From the NCBI GenBank assembly GCA_051294905.1, contig CM119372.1, positions 10,356,001 to 10,420,000 of the forward strand: 64,000 bases of DNA. The letters are read 5' to 3'. Source of the stretch: Botryllus schlosseri (lineage: Eukaryota). The position numbers and the translations under genes are program-made. This document shows positions 26,909 to 37,600 of the stretch, one piece after another (position 1 is the first letter of the stretch; each line of letters opens with the position of its first letter). Below the pieces are notes generated by a model. The model was not told the origin of the DNA. It made no database searches and saw only the letters and a program-made list of their open reading frames with translations.

Positions 26909-27456
26909 CAGTTAAGTTTTATTAATAATTTTCAGTTATCAAAACACCGAACGACTGCGATGAAATCAAAAAGATAGGAAGGTGTCAAAGCGACGTGGAG
27001 TAGTCCTTGAAATCAGACACCCAATCGGGCCTAGGCGACGAAAATAGGAGGCACCCTCCTTTATTCTCATAACATCGCAATCTTGTGTTGTACCGTATTC
27101 ATTTGAGAAACAAAATATTAAAATGATGATGATGATGCACACTGAATGACAAGTGTCGTGGGTCGTGCAGCCCACTCTAGAATGCGTGCCGTAACATTAG
27201 CCTATTCTGTTATATCTCTTATCGTAAAACTCAAATATAATGTTACGTAAATGAACCTGGTGTGAAATCGAATTGAAACAATTATAGGTTGAATTTGAGG
27301 TGGGGTGAACTACATTTACTATAATATATTTGAATTTTTTCCAGCTATTTTTATAGCCTGTACTGTACCAGTCAACAGTCGTCACTGCGCGGTTGCCGCT
27401 GCCGCCGACAGTTCTATATGGATCTTGATGTACCCCAAGTATAAGTACTTTGTGTG

Positions 27457-30021
27457 ATGTACCATCCTGGGAAATTTCGTCCTAAAGGAACGCAAAGGGA
27501 TTCTCGCGGAATAAACCCAGTACACTTGACCCTACATGCAACCGCCACTCCAGTCAGCGAAAGGCCTACCCGTCGAACACCCGACAGACCGACGCACGAC
27601 CAATTCATTGGTTTCAAACCCTCGGAACTGCCGTTAAGCGCACGACCAGCAATTCGTAAACTGTCGGCTGCTAGTGATTTTTGTATCACCGACCACACAC
27701 AGAATTTAACTAATCGTACGGCTAACATTGGCGGACCCCCTCTCCTGCTGCATGCACTGAGTGATACAAGGTTACTTAGCAGTTCTAGTAAAGCTCAGAG
27801 GCAAGCTGTCTCCCCCACGAAAGTCTTTGCTACAGAGTTTACATCTCAAGCTGCATCTGGAGATATACCAAGACGCCATAGCAGTATAGGCAGTAAAGAT
27901 ATTGCCCTATCTGATTTAGAATCAATGTCGTCTCATCATCGTTCCCAATATCAGTACAGTCTGAGCAGCAATAGCAGCAATTCGATGAACTATCGACATT
28001 CAACGCACCCATCTAACCCTAATTATCGAGATCATCACCATGAAGCCGAGAAAAACACGCCGTGTCTACCCGGGGATCGAGTCATTTTCGCTGAAAGCCC
28101 TTCGGCGCCTGGAATACCGATTGTTTATCGGACGGTGGAGGAGAGAAGTTCAAACCCAGACCGGTTGAACTTGGACAGAAGGAAGCTAACCGTATGCCCC
28201 ATATTGGAAGGCGAGGAACACTTGCGCTTGCTAAATTTCCAACACAACCAAATTTCAAAGATTCAGCATCTCTCGAATTTGCGGCGTTTGATTTTCCTCG
28301 ACCTATACGACAATTGCATCACGGACATGACCGGACTGTCGTCTCTGAAATCGCTGAGAGTGTTGATGTTGGGAAAAAATCGCATTCGGCACATCTCAAG
28401 CCTTGAAAATCTCTCAAAACTAGACGTGTTGGACCTCCACGGTAATCAGATCGAAGTGATATCGAACTTGAGACACCTGACCGAGCTGCGCGTCTTAAAT
28501 CTGGCTGGAAATCAAATCGAACGGGTCGACAATCTCGCCGGCATGGATACTTTGACTGAACTAAATCTCAGAAGAAACAAGATTATTTCCATCAAGGAAA
28601 TAAATCTGTTGCCGTCTTTGCAGCGACTGTTTCTGAGTTACAATTCAATTTCTCAGTGGGAGAATGTGTCGTGTTTGGGTGAGTCTATATCGCTCACTGA
28701 AATTTCTCTCGACGGAAATCCGATTGCGACCGAATCGTCGTACAAACAGACCTTGTTGAAGCACATGATTCAGCTTAAGCAACTGGATTCCAAGAGAATC
28801 ACAGACGATGAGAGAAGAGTGGCTGCTGTGATCGTACGAAAGGAGGAAGAACGGAAAAGAGAAGTTCACAAGCAAGCGATCGCCAAAGAGAAAAAGCGTC
28901 TCGCCATCAAGAATGCCGCGAGACAATGGGAGGCTGAATTTGGCACTGTACCCTTGGACGTTGAGGCATTGAGTAATTCGAATAGTATTAATAGCCATCG
29001 CTCCGACTGTAGCGGTAAAACAGAGGGTAGTAGTTCGATACCAGGAAATGCAGCGTGGCTGAATTTCGCCGACACACACAAAAGCTTTCAGACGCACTCT
29101 ACCTCGAATGCCGGCGACGGGAACAAGCACAGTAGCAATGCACCGCAAGCCACCTCTCTGGACATTTCCGATTCTTACCTAGCTGAGATTGATGGCGATT
29201 GCCTTCAGTTGTTTGGTCCTGGTGCTCTCGATTCCTTGGACAAAAATTGGGGCGCTCAAGCGTCCAGCTCTGTTACCACTATTTCTGTTCAATTTATCAA
29301 TTTCAATGATTTTTGTTCTTTCATGCCAAAAATTAGAAACAGATTTCCTAATGCCAGAAATATTATTTTTAAGGAAGTCAATTTGCATAGTCTCCCCCAG
29401 ATCAATGCGTTGTCCCAAATGCGTCGTTTAGAATCTATTTCTGTCGAGTGCAGTCCTGGCAATCCTATCACACAATATTCACTGTGGCGTTTGTATTTGT
29501 TGTTTCGATTGTCGCACTTTGACTTGAAAAAAATCAACAATATCCCAGTCTCTCAAGCAGAAATTGAACACGCTGAAAATATCTTCGGCACTCTTGCCGA
29601 TGTCACCAACTCTGAACTGTCACAATACAGGCTGCTCTCTATTATTGGCGACGGCAGTGGGCAGGCTGCGGCATTGCGTTCGGGCCCTAAACCTAAGAAT
29701 AAAACCACTGTGGACGGAGATTTCCAGCCCTCTGAAAAACCTTTTTTGAATGAGTCTATAGGAAAAGTAGGGTTGCAGTATTACCCGACCAAGTTGATAC
29801 ACACATCTAGAAAAAAGAGCCAGCTACGCAAACAGGTGGCACACCAATTCGTCCAAGATATCTGTGACGATGTTGTCCTTACTAACAAAAAACATGCTGC
29901 TCTCGACAAGGTCTGGACCTCCATTTTTGTACGGATGGTGAAGGAATCGCTGTCCGACATGTGGAATATGGAAGAGTATTTGAAACAGCAGTATGCTAGT
30001 GTTGTAGACGTAGATTCGTAG
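27457..30021 (+). CDS. LRRC49: Leucine-rich repeat-containing protein 49 (tubulin polyglutamylase complex / centriolar satellite protein), single coding exon, ~854 aa
   Basis: Uninterrupted ORF. N-terminus MYHPGKFR resembles vertebrate MIPGKYR. Contains PDRLNLDRRKLTVCPILEGEEHLRLLNFQHN, SDS22-like LRRs, LRRcap DGNPIATESSYK and coiled coil EEERKREVHKQAIAKEKKRLAIKNAARQW. First ATG is at 27457 (ORF track starts at an upstream GTG). Confidence 0.93.
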   Translation: MYHPGKFRPKGTQRDSRGINPVHLTLHATATPVSERPTRRTPDRPTHDQFIGFKPSELPLSARPAIRKLSAASDFCITDHTQNLTNRTANIGGPPLLLHALSDTRLLSSSSKAQRQAVSPTKVFATEFTSQAASGDIPRRHSSIGSKDIALSDLESMSSHHRSQYQYSLSSNSSNSMNYRHSTHPSNPNYRDHHHEAEKNTPCLPGDRVIFAESPSAPGIPIVYRTVEERSSNPDRLNLDRRKLTVCPILEGEEHLRLLNFQHNQISKIQHLSNLRRLIFLDLYDNCITDMTGLSSLKSLRVLMLGKNRIRHISSLENLSKLDVLDLHGNQIEVISNLRHLTELRVLNLAGNQIERVDNLAGMDTLTELNLRRNKIISIKEINLLPSLQRLFLSYNSISQWENVSCLGESISLTEISLDGNPIATESSYKQTLLKHMIQLKQLDSKRITDDERRVAAVIVRKEEERKREVHKQAIAKEKKRLAIKNAARQWEAEFGTVPLDVEALSNSNSINSHRSDCSGKTEGSSSIPGNAAWLNFADTHKSFQTHSTSNAGDGNKHSSNAPQATSLDISDSYLAEIDGDCLQLFGPGALDSLDKNWGAQASSSVTTISVQFINFNDFCSFMPKIRNRFPNARNIIFKEVNLHSLPQINALSQMRRLESISVECSPGNPITQYSLWRLYLLFRLSHFDLKKINNIPVSQAEIEHAENIFGTLADVTNSELSQYRLLSIIGDGSGQAAALRSGPKPKNKTTVDGDFQPSEKPFLNESIGKVGLQYYPTKLIHTSRKKSQLRKQVAHQFVQDICDDVVLTNKKHAALDKVWTSIFVRMVKESLSDMWNMEEYLKQQYASVVDVDS

Positions 30022-30175
30022 ATATTATGTACTGTTAGATTTTCGTAACTGATGATTTTATATTTCTGTAGATGCTTGTTAATGCTGCTGCCTATATCAT
30101 ACTGTAGAGCGCCGAAAAAGTTGCTGAGTGACTGAGAACAAAAATTATTTTGAGCTGTATTGCGACCAAGACACA

Positions 30176-32765
30176 ATGCCCAAGTAAGCGTTGTATCTGC
30201 ACATTGTTACTTAGCAGGACGCTCACTGAATGTTCTTTTGACAGATATTATTGTGATTACTGTGACACTTATCTGACCCACGATTCGGTAAGTTGATGTT
30301 GGTTAGTGATATCTCGCTATCGCGCATATGATTGATATTCTAAATTATTCAGCCCTCCGTTCGAAAGACGCATTGTTCTGGAAGGAAGCACAAGGACAAT
30401 GTTCGAGTCTACTACCAAACTTGGATGGAAGAACAAGCTCAGGCACTGATTGATAAAACGAGTGAGTTCATTTTTCTCCCTGGCTCCCTCCCTCAGTGTG
30501 TCCCTACCACAAAAATTCTGTTGCTGTACCCAACAGAAAACATGTTTGAAGTTTTGTGCTAAGTGTGTGCTTACTAATGTAGACTTGCAACGCTGATCAC
30601 GGCTTTATTTTCTGGTGGCATGACTCGTGCCCTATAACAGAGGTATGTTACTGACCATCCCCAGTCGATAAATTGCTACAGAACAATAGAATGTTTAGAA
30701 TTCTACAGTATGCTTTTATTATTGCAGCCAAAGAGTTTCAGAAAGGGAAGATTCAAGGATTTGGAGCTGCAATCCCTCCTCCTGGAGCCATGATGAGACC
30801 TGGCGTTCCCAGTAAGTTCAAATATCGATCACCTTGCCTTCAATTAGAATTGTAACCAACTCGCAAGGTTCCGAGTCACAAGCAGGGCTTTGGAGCAGCC
30901 GTAAATTTTAACTGCTCCAGCTCCGACTCCGGAGCTTTCTTCTATCAGACATTAGCTCCGGCTCCAGCTCCGGAGCCGCATTATTACCACTGCTCCGGCT
31001 CCAGCTCCGGCTCCAGCTCCGGCTCTGAAATTATCGAATGGGCTTGTCTATATCAGGGGTGGCCAACCCGACACCAAATGTGGCCCGCGAGATGGTTTTC
31101 CGTGACCCGCGATGTAATTTCCTATTATATTATAAAAAATGAATTGCTCAGATTGTGAACTTGCAATGCCAACCAAAAACTACAATTCTGGCTGCGACAC
31201 TTGGAATGTTGATGACTATCAGTTCCGACGCATTGGCAGATCCAGGGTCCAGTCACATTTTCAGTAAATCGTCGTACATTACAATAAACTAAAATTGTAG
31301 AGAAATTTTTCTTCACGCTTCGCGTGTTTAATTGTCACACGATTTCTTGCTTGGTAGCCTACCCCCTACTGAAAATGAAAAAAAACGCCTAATTTACCCG
31401 ATTGAGTCTAACTGTATTCGCAATTATGAAAGAAAGTCTTTTCGCGTTTGCGCTCGCATACAGATCGTCGACGGTGAAATGTAGGCACAAAGCGATTGTC
31501 GCATATAATCGGAGACCTTCGATATCGATGTGGCCAGACGCCGAATAGTCGTGTCCTTGCAAACTGAGCCTAGCGGGCGGTATACAATAGACCCGCAATA
31601 TACTCAAGTAATATATTATTGGCCTAGTTCATTTATAAACTATGAAAATTTTACCCGCTTGGCGCGGCTAGTGGACCGCGCACTCGTTCGTCAATTGTAT
31701 GTGCCCCTTCAGCTGAAAAGGATGGCCATTCCTGATCCATATAAATTACTAATCTACCCATAGGTTAGTTATCTATGGTAATCTAGAGTCTGTCAGCCGT
31801 CAGTAACATCCGATGTAGCAACGAAGACATATAGGCGCCGCCGTGTCGGCTTGTGACGTGATAATGAATACTTGTCAATTGTCGACAACATCATAGCTGC
31901 ATTAGAACGCACTATGCCATTGCTGTGCACAGCAATAAAATTCAGGCCTGCTGTTCAATTATGATAAATCAGTAGATGTGGTTATTGCATATATAATAGC
32001 ATCTTATGAAATACGTCGGAGCCGGAGCTACTCCTCAAATAACGGGCTCCAGCTCCGGCTAAATTTTATGTAGAGCTCCGGCTCCAGCGAAAATGCACGG
32101 CTCCGGGGCTCCGGCTCCAAAGCCCTGGTCACAAGTCAATCTTACTTTATAGTTTTTAGGCGAGTCAAGTCGAGTCATTTTCATTTCATCACCGAGTCAA
32201 GTCCGAGTCGTGGTATGGCGTCCACAAGTAATGTCCAACCCAATTTTTTACAACTTTGCTTTGGCGATATGATATGCCTCTCGTTCACAATATGCTAATT
32301 TTCATCATTCTTAACAATTTCTGGCCCTAATTTTGATGTACGAATAAATCATAGACGAAATCGTAAAGTGGAACTTTTCTATTCTTCCAAGTTACAATGA
32401 AATGTCTGTCTCGCCTCTCTCACAAATTGACTCAAGGGTCATTTTCAGAAATTAGGAAATTGACTCTAGTCATGTCGTGTCATGACTCGCGCCATTACAG
32501 CCGTGCCTTCGATTTCATCATTGGCAGACGGCTGAACTGTGCATATATATATAAAATATATCGGATTTATATAGTCTTTTTCTACTTTTCAGTGGGGGGA
32601 CCAATGGCGCCCGGTATGATGCAGATGCGCCCGATGATGGCAGCGCCTGGCGGACCCATGATGGGACCACAAGCAATGTCCGTTAGGCCCATGATGGGAG
32701 CACCCGTCATGATGATGGGTCCGGCTCGTGGAGTTCAGATGGTGCGAATGCAGCAACCAGAATGA
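30176..32765 (+). CDS. SNRPC: U1 small nuclear ribonucleoprotein C (U1-C); 5 exons, 138 aa
   Basis: Exons 30176-30183, 30245-30287, 30353-30461, 30728-30811 and 32593-32765, all GT-AG. They join to [62 protein letters not shown]... followed by a Met/Pro/Gly-rich tail; diagnostic U1-C zinc finger. AATAAA near 32913. Confidence 0.96.
30883..32127. mobile_element. hAT-type MITE with GGCTCCAGCTCC repeats in SNRPC intron 4; contains a further MITE (31054-31734) and is itself inserted in a family-B MITE (~30850-32500)
   Basis: TIR CAGGGCTTTGGAGC...GCTCCAAAGCCCTG; perfect TSD GTCACAAG. Confidence 0.85.
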
Positions 32766-33501
32766 GGGAAATGAGTTATGTGACGCAAAAAGATTTGCCG
32801 TTGATCGCTGCTTTCAACACCAGCTTGGGGACTGTGCTGAGAAACTCCGGTCACGGAGTCGATTCGAGTCTTTTTATATTTTTATGAATCGGTTACTCTT
32901 TGTGGCTGATGAAATAAAACTGCCTTGCTGCTAGGACTGCTGAGTAGTGTTTGCAGGAGCTCTCATAATTTGTAGACTGCGGTATGAGGATAGTCAAGTA
33001 ATTAGTCACTTCTCTGGCGGCAGGGCATGGTATGGAATGGCAATTTTCAATTTTCCATACCCGCCCCAATCACTCCATAACATGACTCGAGTCATCCCAA
33101 CACTGCGATATGGCCTATAAATGCCTTGTTACTCGTCACCCCAAGAGTCGCAACAATGCTGTCAGGGGAAACGAGAGAGTAGCTCAAGAGGAAAATAGCC
33201 AAACAGCATATAGGACACTATGCTTCGATAGCGCTCATAAGAAGCTTTCACTGTCTGTTCTCTCAAAGTCGCTCACAATAAAGAAACAGTGATTTTTACT
33301 CCCTCGTATTCATCAAATTACCGAGCAAGCGGGGCAACTAGGCAAAGTTTCCCCTACAGGCTATACTAGTGCCAGATGATACATGATATATATATATATA
33401 AGTGATGGCCTACGCATATATACGCCTTTGCCTCTTACGAGTATCAGTCGAAAGTATTCGGGTTTATTCCAATATTGAATGCTATTGAAGAGTCTCTTCG
33501 A

Positions 33502-34050
33502 CAGGGTTGTAACCAAGTCACAAGGCTCCGAGTCACAAGTCAATCTCACTTTTATATTTTTGACTCGAGTCAAGTCGAGTCATTTTCAATTCCCACCGAG
33601 TCAAGTCCTAGTCCAAGTCAGCGAACAGAGGATCGAGTCCGAGTCATGGTATTATGACTCGAGTCGGAGTCCAAGTAATTGTGTTGACTGCTCAGTTTCC
33701 AGTTAAAGTCTTCCTAAACCCACTTTTTAACTCTGTTTGGTGATATTGAATGGTTCGCATTTATAATATATCAATTTTCCTCACTTTTAGCAGTTTCTGG
33801 TCGCATTTTCAAGCACCAGTACCAACAAACGAAATCCCAATAATGTGTTGGCTTCGAAATTACAATGAAATGTCGGTCTTGGCCGTCTGAATCTCGAGTC
33901 AATGACTTGCTTCGAGTCATGCGCAATGACTCGAGTCCAAGTCGAGTCAATACACAGATTGACTCGAGTCGAGTCATTTCCGTATTTTGAGAAAATGACT
34001 CGAATCAAGTCGAGTCATCCGAAAATCGTGACTCGAGTCATTACAACCCG
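33502..34050. mobile_element. ~0.55-kb hAT-type MITE, family B (CAGGGTTGTAA termini, GACTCGAGTC arrays)
   Basis: Perfect TSD CTCTTCGA; homologous to 45535-46076 and 48328-48833. Confidence 0.87.
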
Positions 34051-34640
34051 CTCTTCGAATGCGTGGCCATAATATTGTGATTTTCAAAATCAGTGCAGTA
34101 ATAGCATTCGATGGTATATTAGTTATTATAAATTCTGATCTCGGATCGCTAACACACAGGTGAGGCCTGGCTCGTCTCTGCCTCACCTCTCATTTCGCCC
34201 TATTTGTAGACAATAAATAAGCAAAGTGCGTAATTTCGGGAGTAATATTCACAATTAGTGATTAGCTGCCATACGCCGCACGTCCCTGCTACGATTGCAA
34301 GATAACTGCCCTGCCACTACTATGCATTCCCCACACCCGCGACATATTGACTGAGACAATATATTTTTCTGGATTTTCAAAGTCACGAATCAAAACACAT
34401 CCGACCTCATGGCATGTAGCCAACACATGTTCATAACCTGGCGATGAGTGACGCATCTTAAGTGTATAATAACAGTGTATAGTTCACGAAAGAAGGTAGT
34501 TGACCACACTGTCTCCATATTTGACCCTGAAAACTGTATCTGCATATAGGACGCCTGTGTAAAAACTGAGAAGGTGTGGAACAGCTTGAAATAATGAATA
34601 GTTGAATACTAGGACAGTGTGCACTGTGCAGCGTTCCCAT

Positions 34641-37600
34641 CTACAATGCCGAGGAATTTCCACTGCGCTTCCCCGACACAATTAAGTCGCTGCAGTCTTT
34701 GTCAATCTCACGCATTTCACTGTAATACTCATCTTCACTCCGATTCGTTGTGTCACGTGATGGCAAGTGCAGTCCGATCATCATTTCATATACGAAACTA
34801 CCGATGAGGCCACCGAGTATCGGTGCCACGATCGGTACCCAGAACCAATAAGCTCCGTCTGGTGCCCTGCAAACTTTGGATTGAGTGACGTGGGGATTAC
34901 GGACGCAACCAACACTTACGTGAACACTTTTCCTCCCCATCCAGCGATAGCTGTGAATATGCGAGGTCCAAGATCCCTTGCAGGATTGATGGCGTAACCG
35001 CAGTTTGTTCCGTAGGAGTTGCCTATGATGGGGGAAAACAGAAAGCGCCGATTTATAATTATAATATCGTGATTTAACGATTTTGATTCGCAGTGCTGGA
35101 ATACAAGCCTAATTAGCACATACGTGAATTTTACAAATACTGTAGTGCAGGGGTGGGCAAACTTTTGAGCTCGCGGGCCGCATTCAACATCTTAATCCAT
35201 TCGCGGGCTGCACTATATAAAATTGGGATCATAAACCAAAACGCAATGTTGCTGGTATTTGATTATATAGTGAGGACATGGAGATAATATATATGCTTAT
35301 TTGAAACAATCCAAACGTTGCTATGATGATATCGTACACGCGCCAGAAACGATGGCAAGATTTCATAGGCTGGTCGACCTCAATAACCAATTTGTCAAAA
35401 CTATAGAGATGAAAGTATGTTATCCCGATTCTTAGAACAGAATTTAAATTTAAATCTGTGAGCTCACTGAGCAGTGATCTGTTCGTAGATTTATCAATTC
35501 CGCTTTGGGTTTAGTTTTAGGACACACCATGCTGACAGCATCATAACCATGTTAGCTTCAAACACGCTTCTACTACATGTGTAGATTTCGGGCCCCCTTA
35601 TCGTCATATCACAAAACGCAACCAGGATGCTATAGCAAACCTAACGGATATTTTGGTGGCATGGGAGGTTCCGACTATTGATGAGAGGTTTTTGAATATG
35701 AAATTCATACTAAATATAGAGCAATAATTATGATTCGGAAGTAAATCGCGCGAAGCGCGAAAAATTTTTCAGTTGAGCTCAGCTTCGCGATCCCCTTCAG
35801 ATAATTTCATGACCCCAAGGGGCACGCGTCCCCCAGGTTGAGACCCACTGCCTTAGAATTATCATGGTGTAATATACTAAGAAAAAGTTTAATCAAGTCC
35901 CTGTATTATATCGATTTTTAGTACGCATTTTTTCAATATTTTTAATGAGTTTCTTTAGACTCTCGCGGGCCGCACAGAACGGTGTTGCGGGCCGCATGCG
36001 GCCCGCGGGCCGTAGTTTGCCCACCCCTGCTGTAGTGCATAGTGCAGTGGTTCCCAACCTGTGGTAAGCTACTTGTACCACTAGTGGTACGCGAAGGTCT
36101 TCCAGGTGGTACGCGAGTAGATTATGTTTTGTTCAACCGAAGAGAGTTATTTGTTCAGGTTGGGTTTATTTTGAGTTTTCTGAAGCCGTCTAGTACTTCT
36201 GGCTTAGCGTGGCCTCCTTGTACCCGACGCTAGCTTCTCACGCTATTCTCCAGCTGCTAATTTCCCCTGCTACATGGGAGTGCGAGCAAGGATTTTCATC
36301 CCTGATCAATATCAAGTCGAAGAAACGAAACCGACTTGTTGCGCCCATGCATGACTTTCGATGCGCTGTGAGCAAACGTAGGCTATGCCACCATAGTGTC
36401 CTATATGGTGTCGACACAGGCAAATCTCACGCCTCAGTGAAATTGATCCACGTCACAATTTCTATTTGACTACAGGCAATTTGACGGTCATTTTTGACCG
36501 GCTTGCCGAGCATTAAATTTGGTAAAACGGGTATCAATCGAAAGCTGACTCTGCACTGATTTTGAAAATATAAATTTTATTCCGCTCGTGGCCCTCGAAC
36601 TCCCACAATCAGTCTCGAATTTTTGATTGTTATGGAGATTGGCATTTGGACGCAACAATGCTGTCCGGCGAAACGAGAGAGTAGCTCAGGACGTAACAAT
36701 GCTGTCTGGCGAAACGAGAGAGTGGATCAAGAGAAAAAGAGCCAGACAGCATTGTTGCGTCCCAATCCCAATCTCCATAACAATGAAAAATTCGAGGCTG
36801 ATTGTGGGAGTTCCAGGGCCACGAGCGGAATAAAATTTATATTTTCAAAATCAGTGCAGAGTCAGCTTTCGATTGATACCCGTTTTACCAAATTGAATTC
36901 TCGGCAAGCCGGTCAAAAATGACCGTCAAATTGCCTGTAGCCAAATGGAAATTGTGACGTGAATCAATTTCACTGAGGCGTGAGATTTGCCTGAGTCGAC
37001 ACCATATAGGACACTATGATGCCACGCATCGACCAGCTAGTGAAAAATATACAAACGCAGCCATCGCATTAAATGATTTGACTTTTGTTGTTTGTTGTTA
37101 TTTCATTGTGTTGTTCTTCTTGTGACTGGTGGGGAAAAAACAATTACCATCAACCCTGGCTGATGAGGCCTAGTTTAATAGAATTTGTTATTACGCCTCG
37201 CGAAGGTTTAATACGTGATTATGACGTCATACATGGTGGAAACGTGTATTGACCAACTTCGGCGCGCGTAACCTACGTAATTTGTACAAGTACAGTATGT
37301 AGGTGGTACGCGAGCACTGCAGAAAACCTCGAAATAGTACGTGGGTGGAAAAAGGTTGGAACCACTGCTGTAGTGGAATAGTATAGGTGTGATCACTGAT
37401 CAGTAACGACGCATCTTATATTGAGTGAAAAACAAGGTTTTCTCTAAATCTGCTACCCAAGTGGTTCTGTTTTAGAATTAATTCGACTTAATCTATACGT
37501 CTTTGAAGTCAAAATAGCAACCAGATCTATAGTAAGTCGTTGACGACAAATTAAAGATGGCAGGATGCCTCTTCGCCACTTAACGCAAAATAACTTATGC

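Noticed and set aside
27457..30021. LRRC49 as a gene nested in an SNRPC intron
   Set aside because: SNRPC's own first coding exon (ATGCCCAA|GTAAG) lies downstream at 30176, so the coding regions are tandem, not nested.
28645..30176. Antisense and alternative-frame ORFs of 60-167 aa over LRRC49
   Set aside because: Shadow ORFs of a long coding sequence with no independent motifs.
30462..30727. Possible intronic H/ACA snoRNA in SNRPC intron 3
   Set aside because: No convincing hairpin-H box-hairpin-ACA arrangement could be established by eye; needs an Infernal/Rfam scan.
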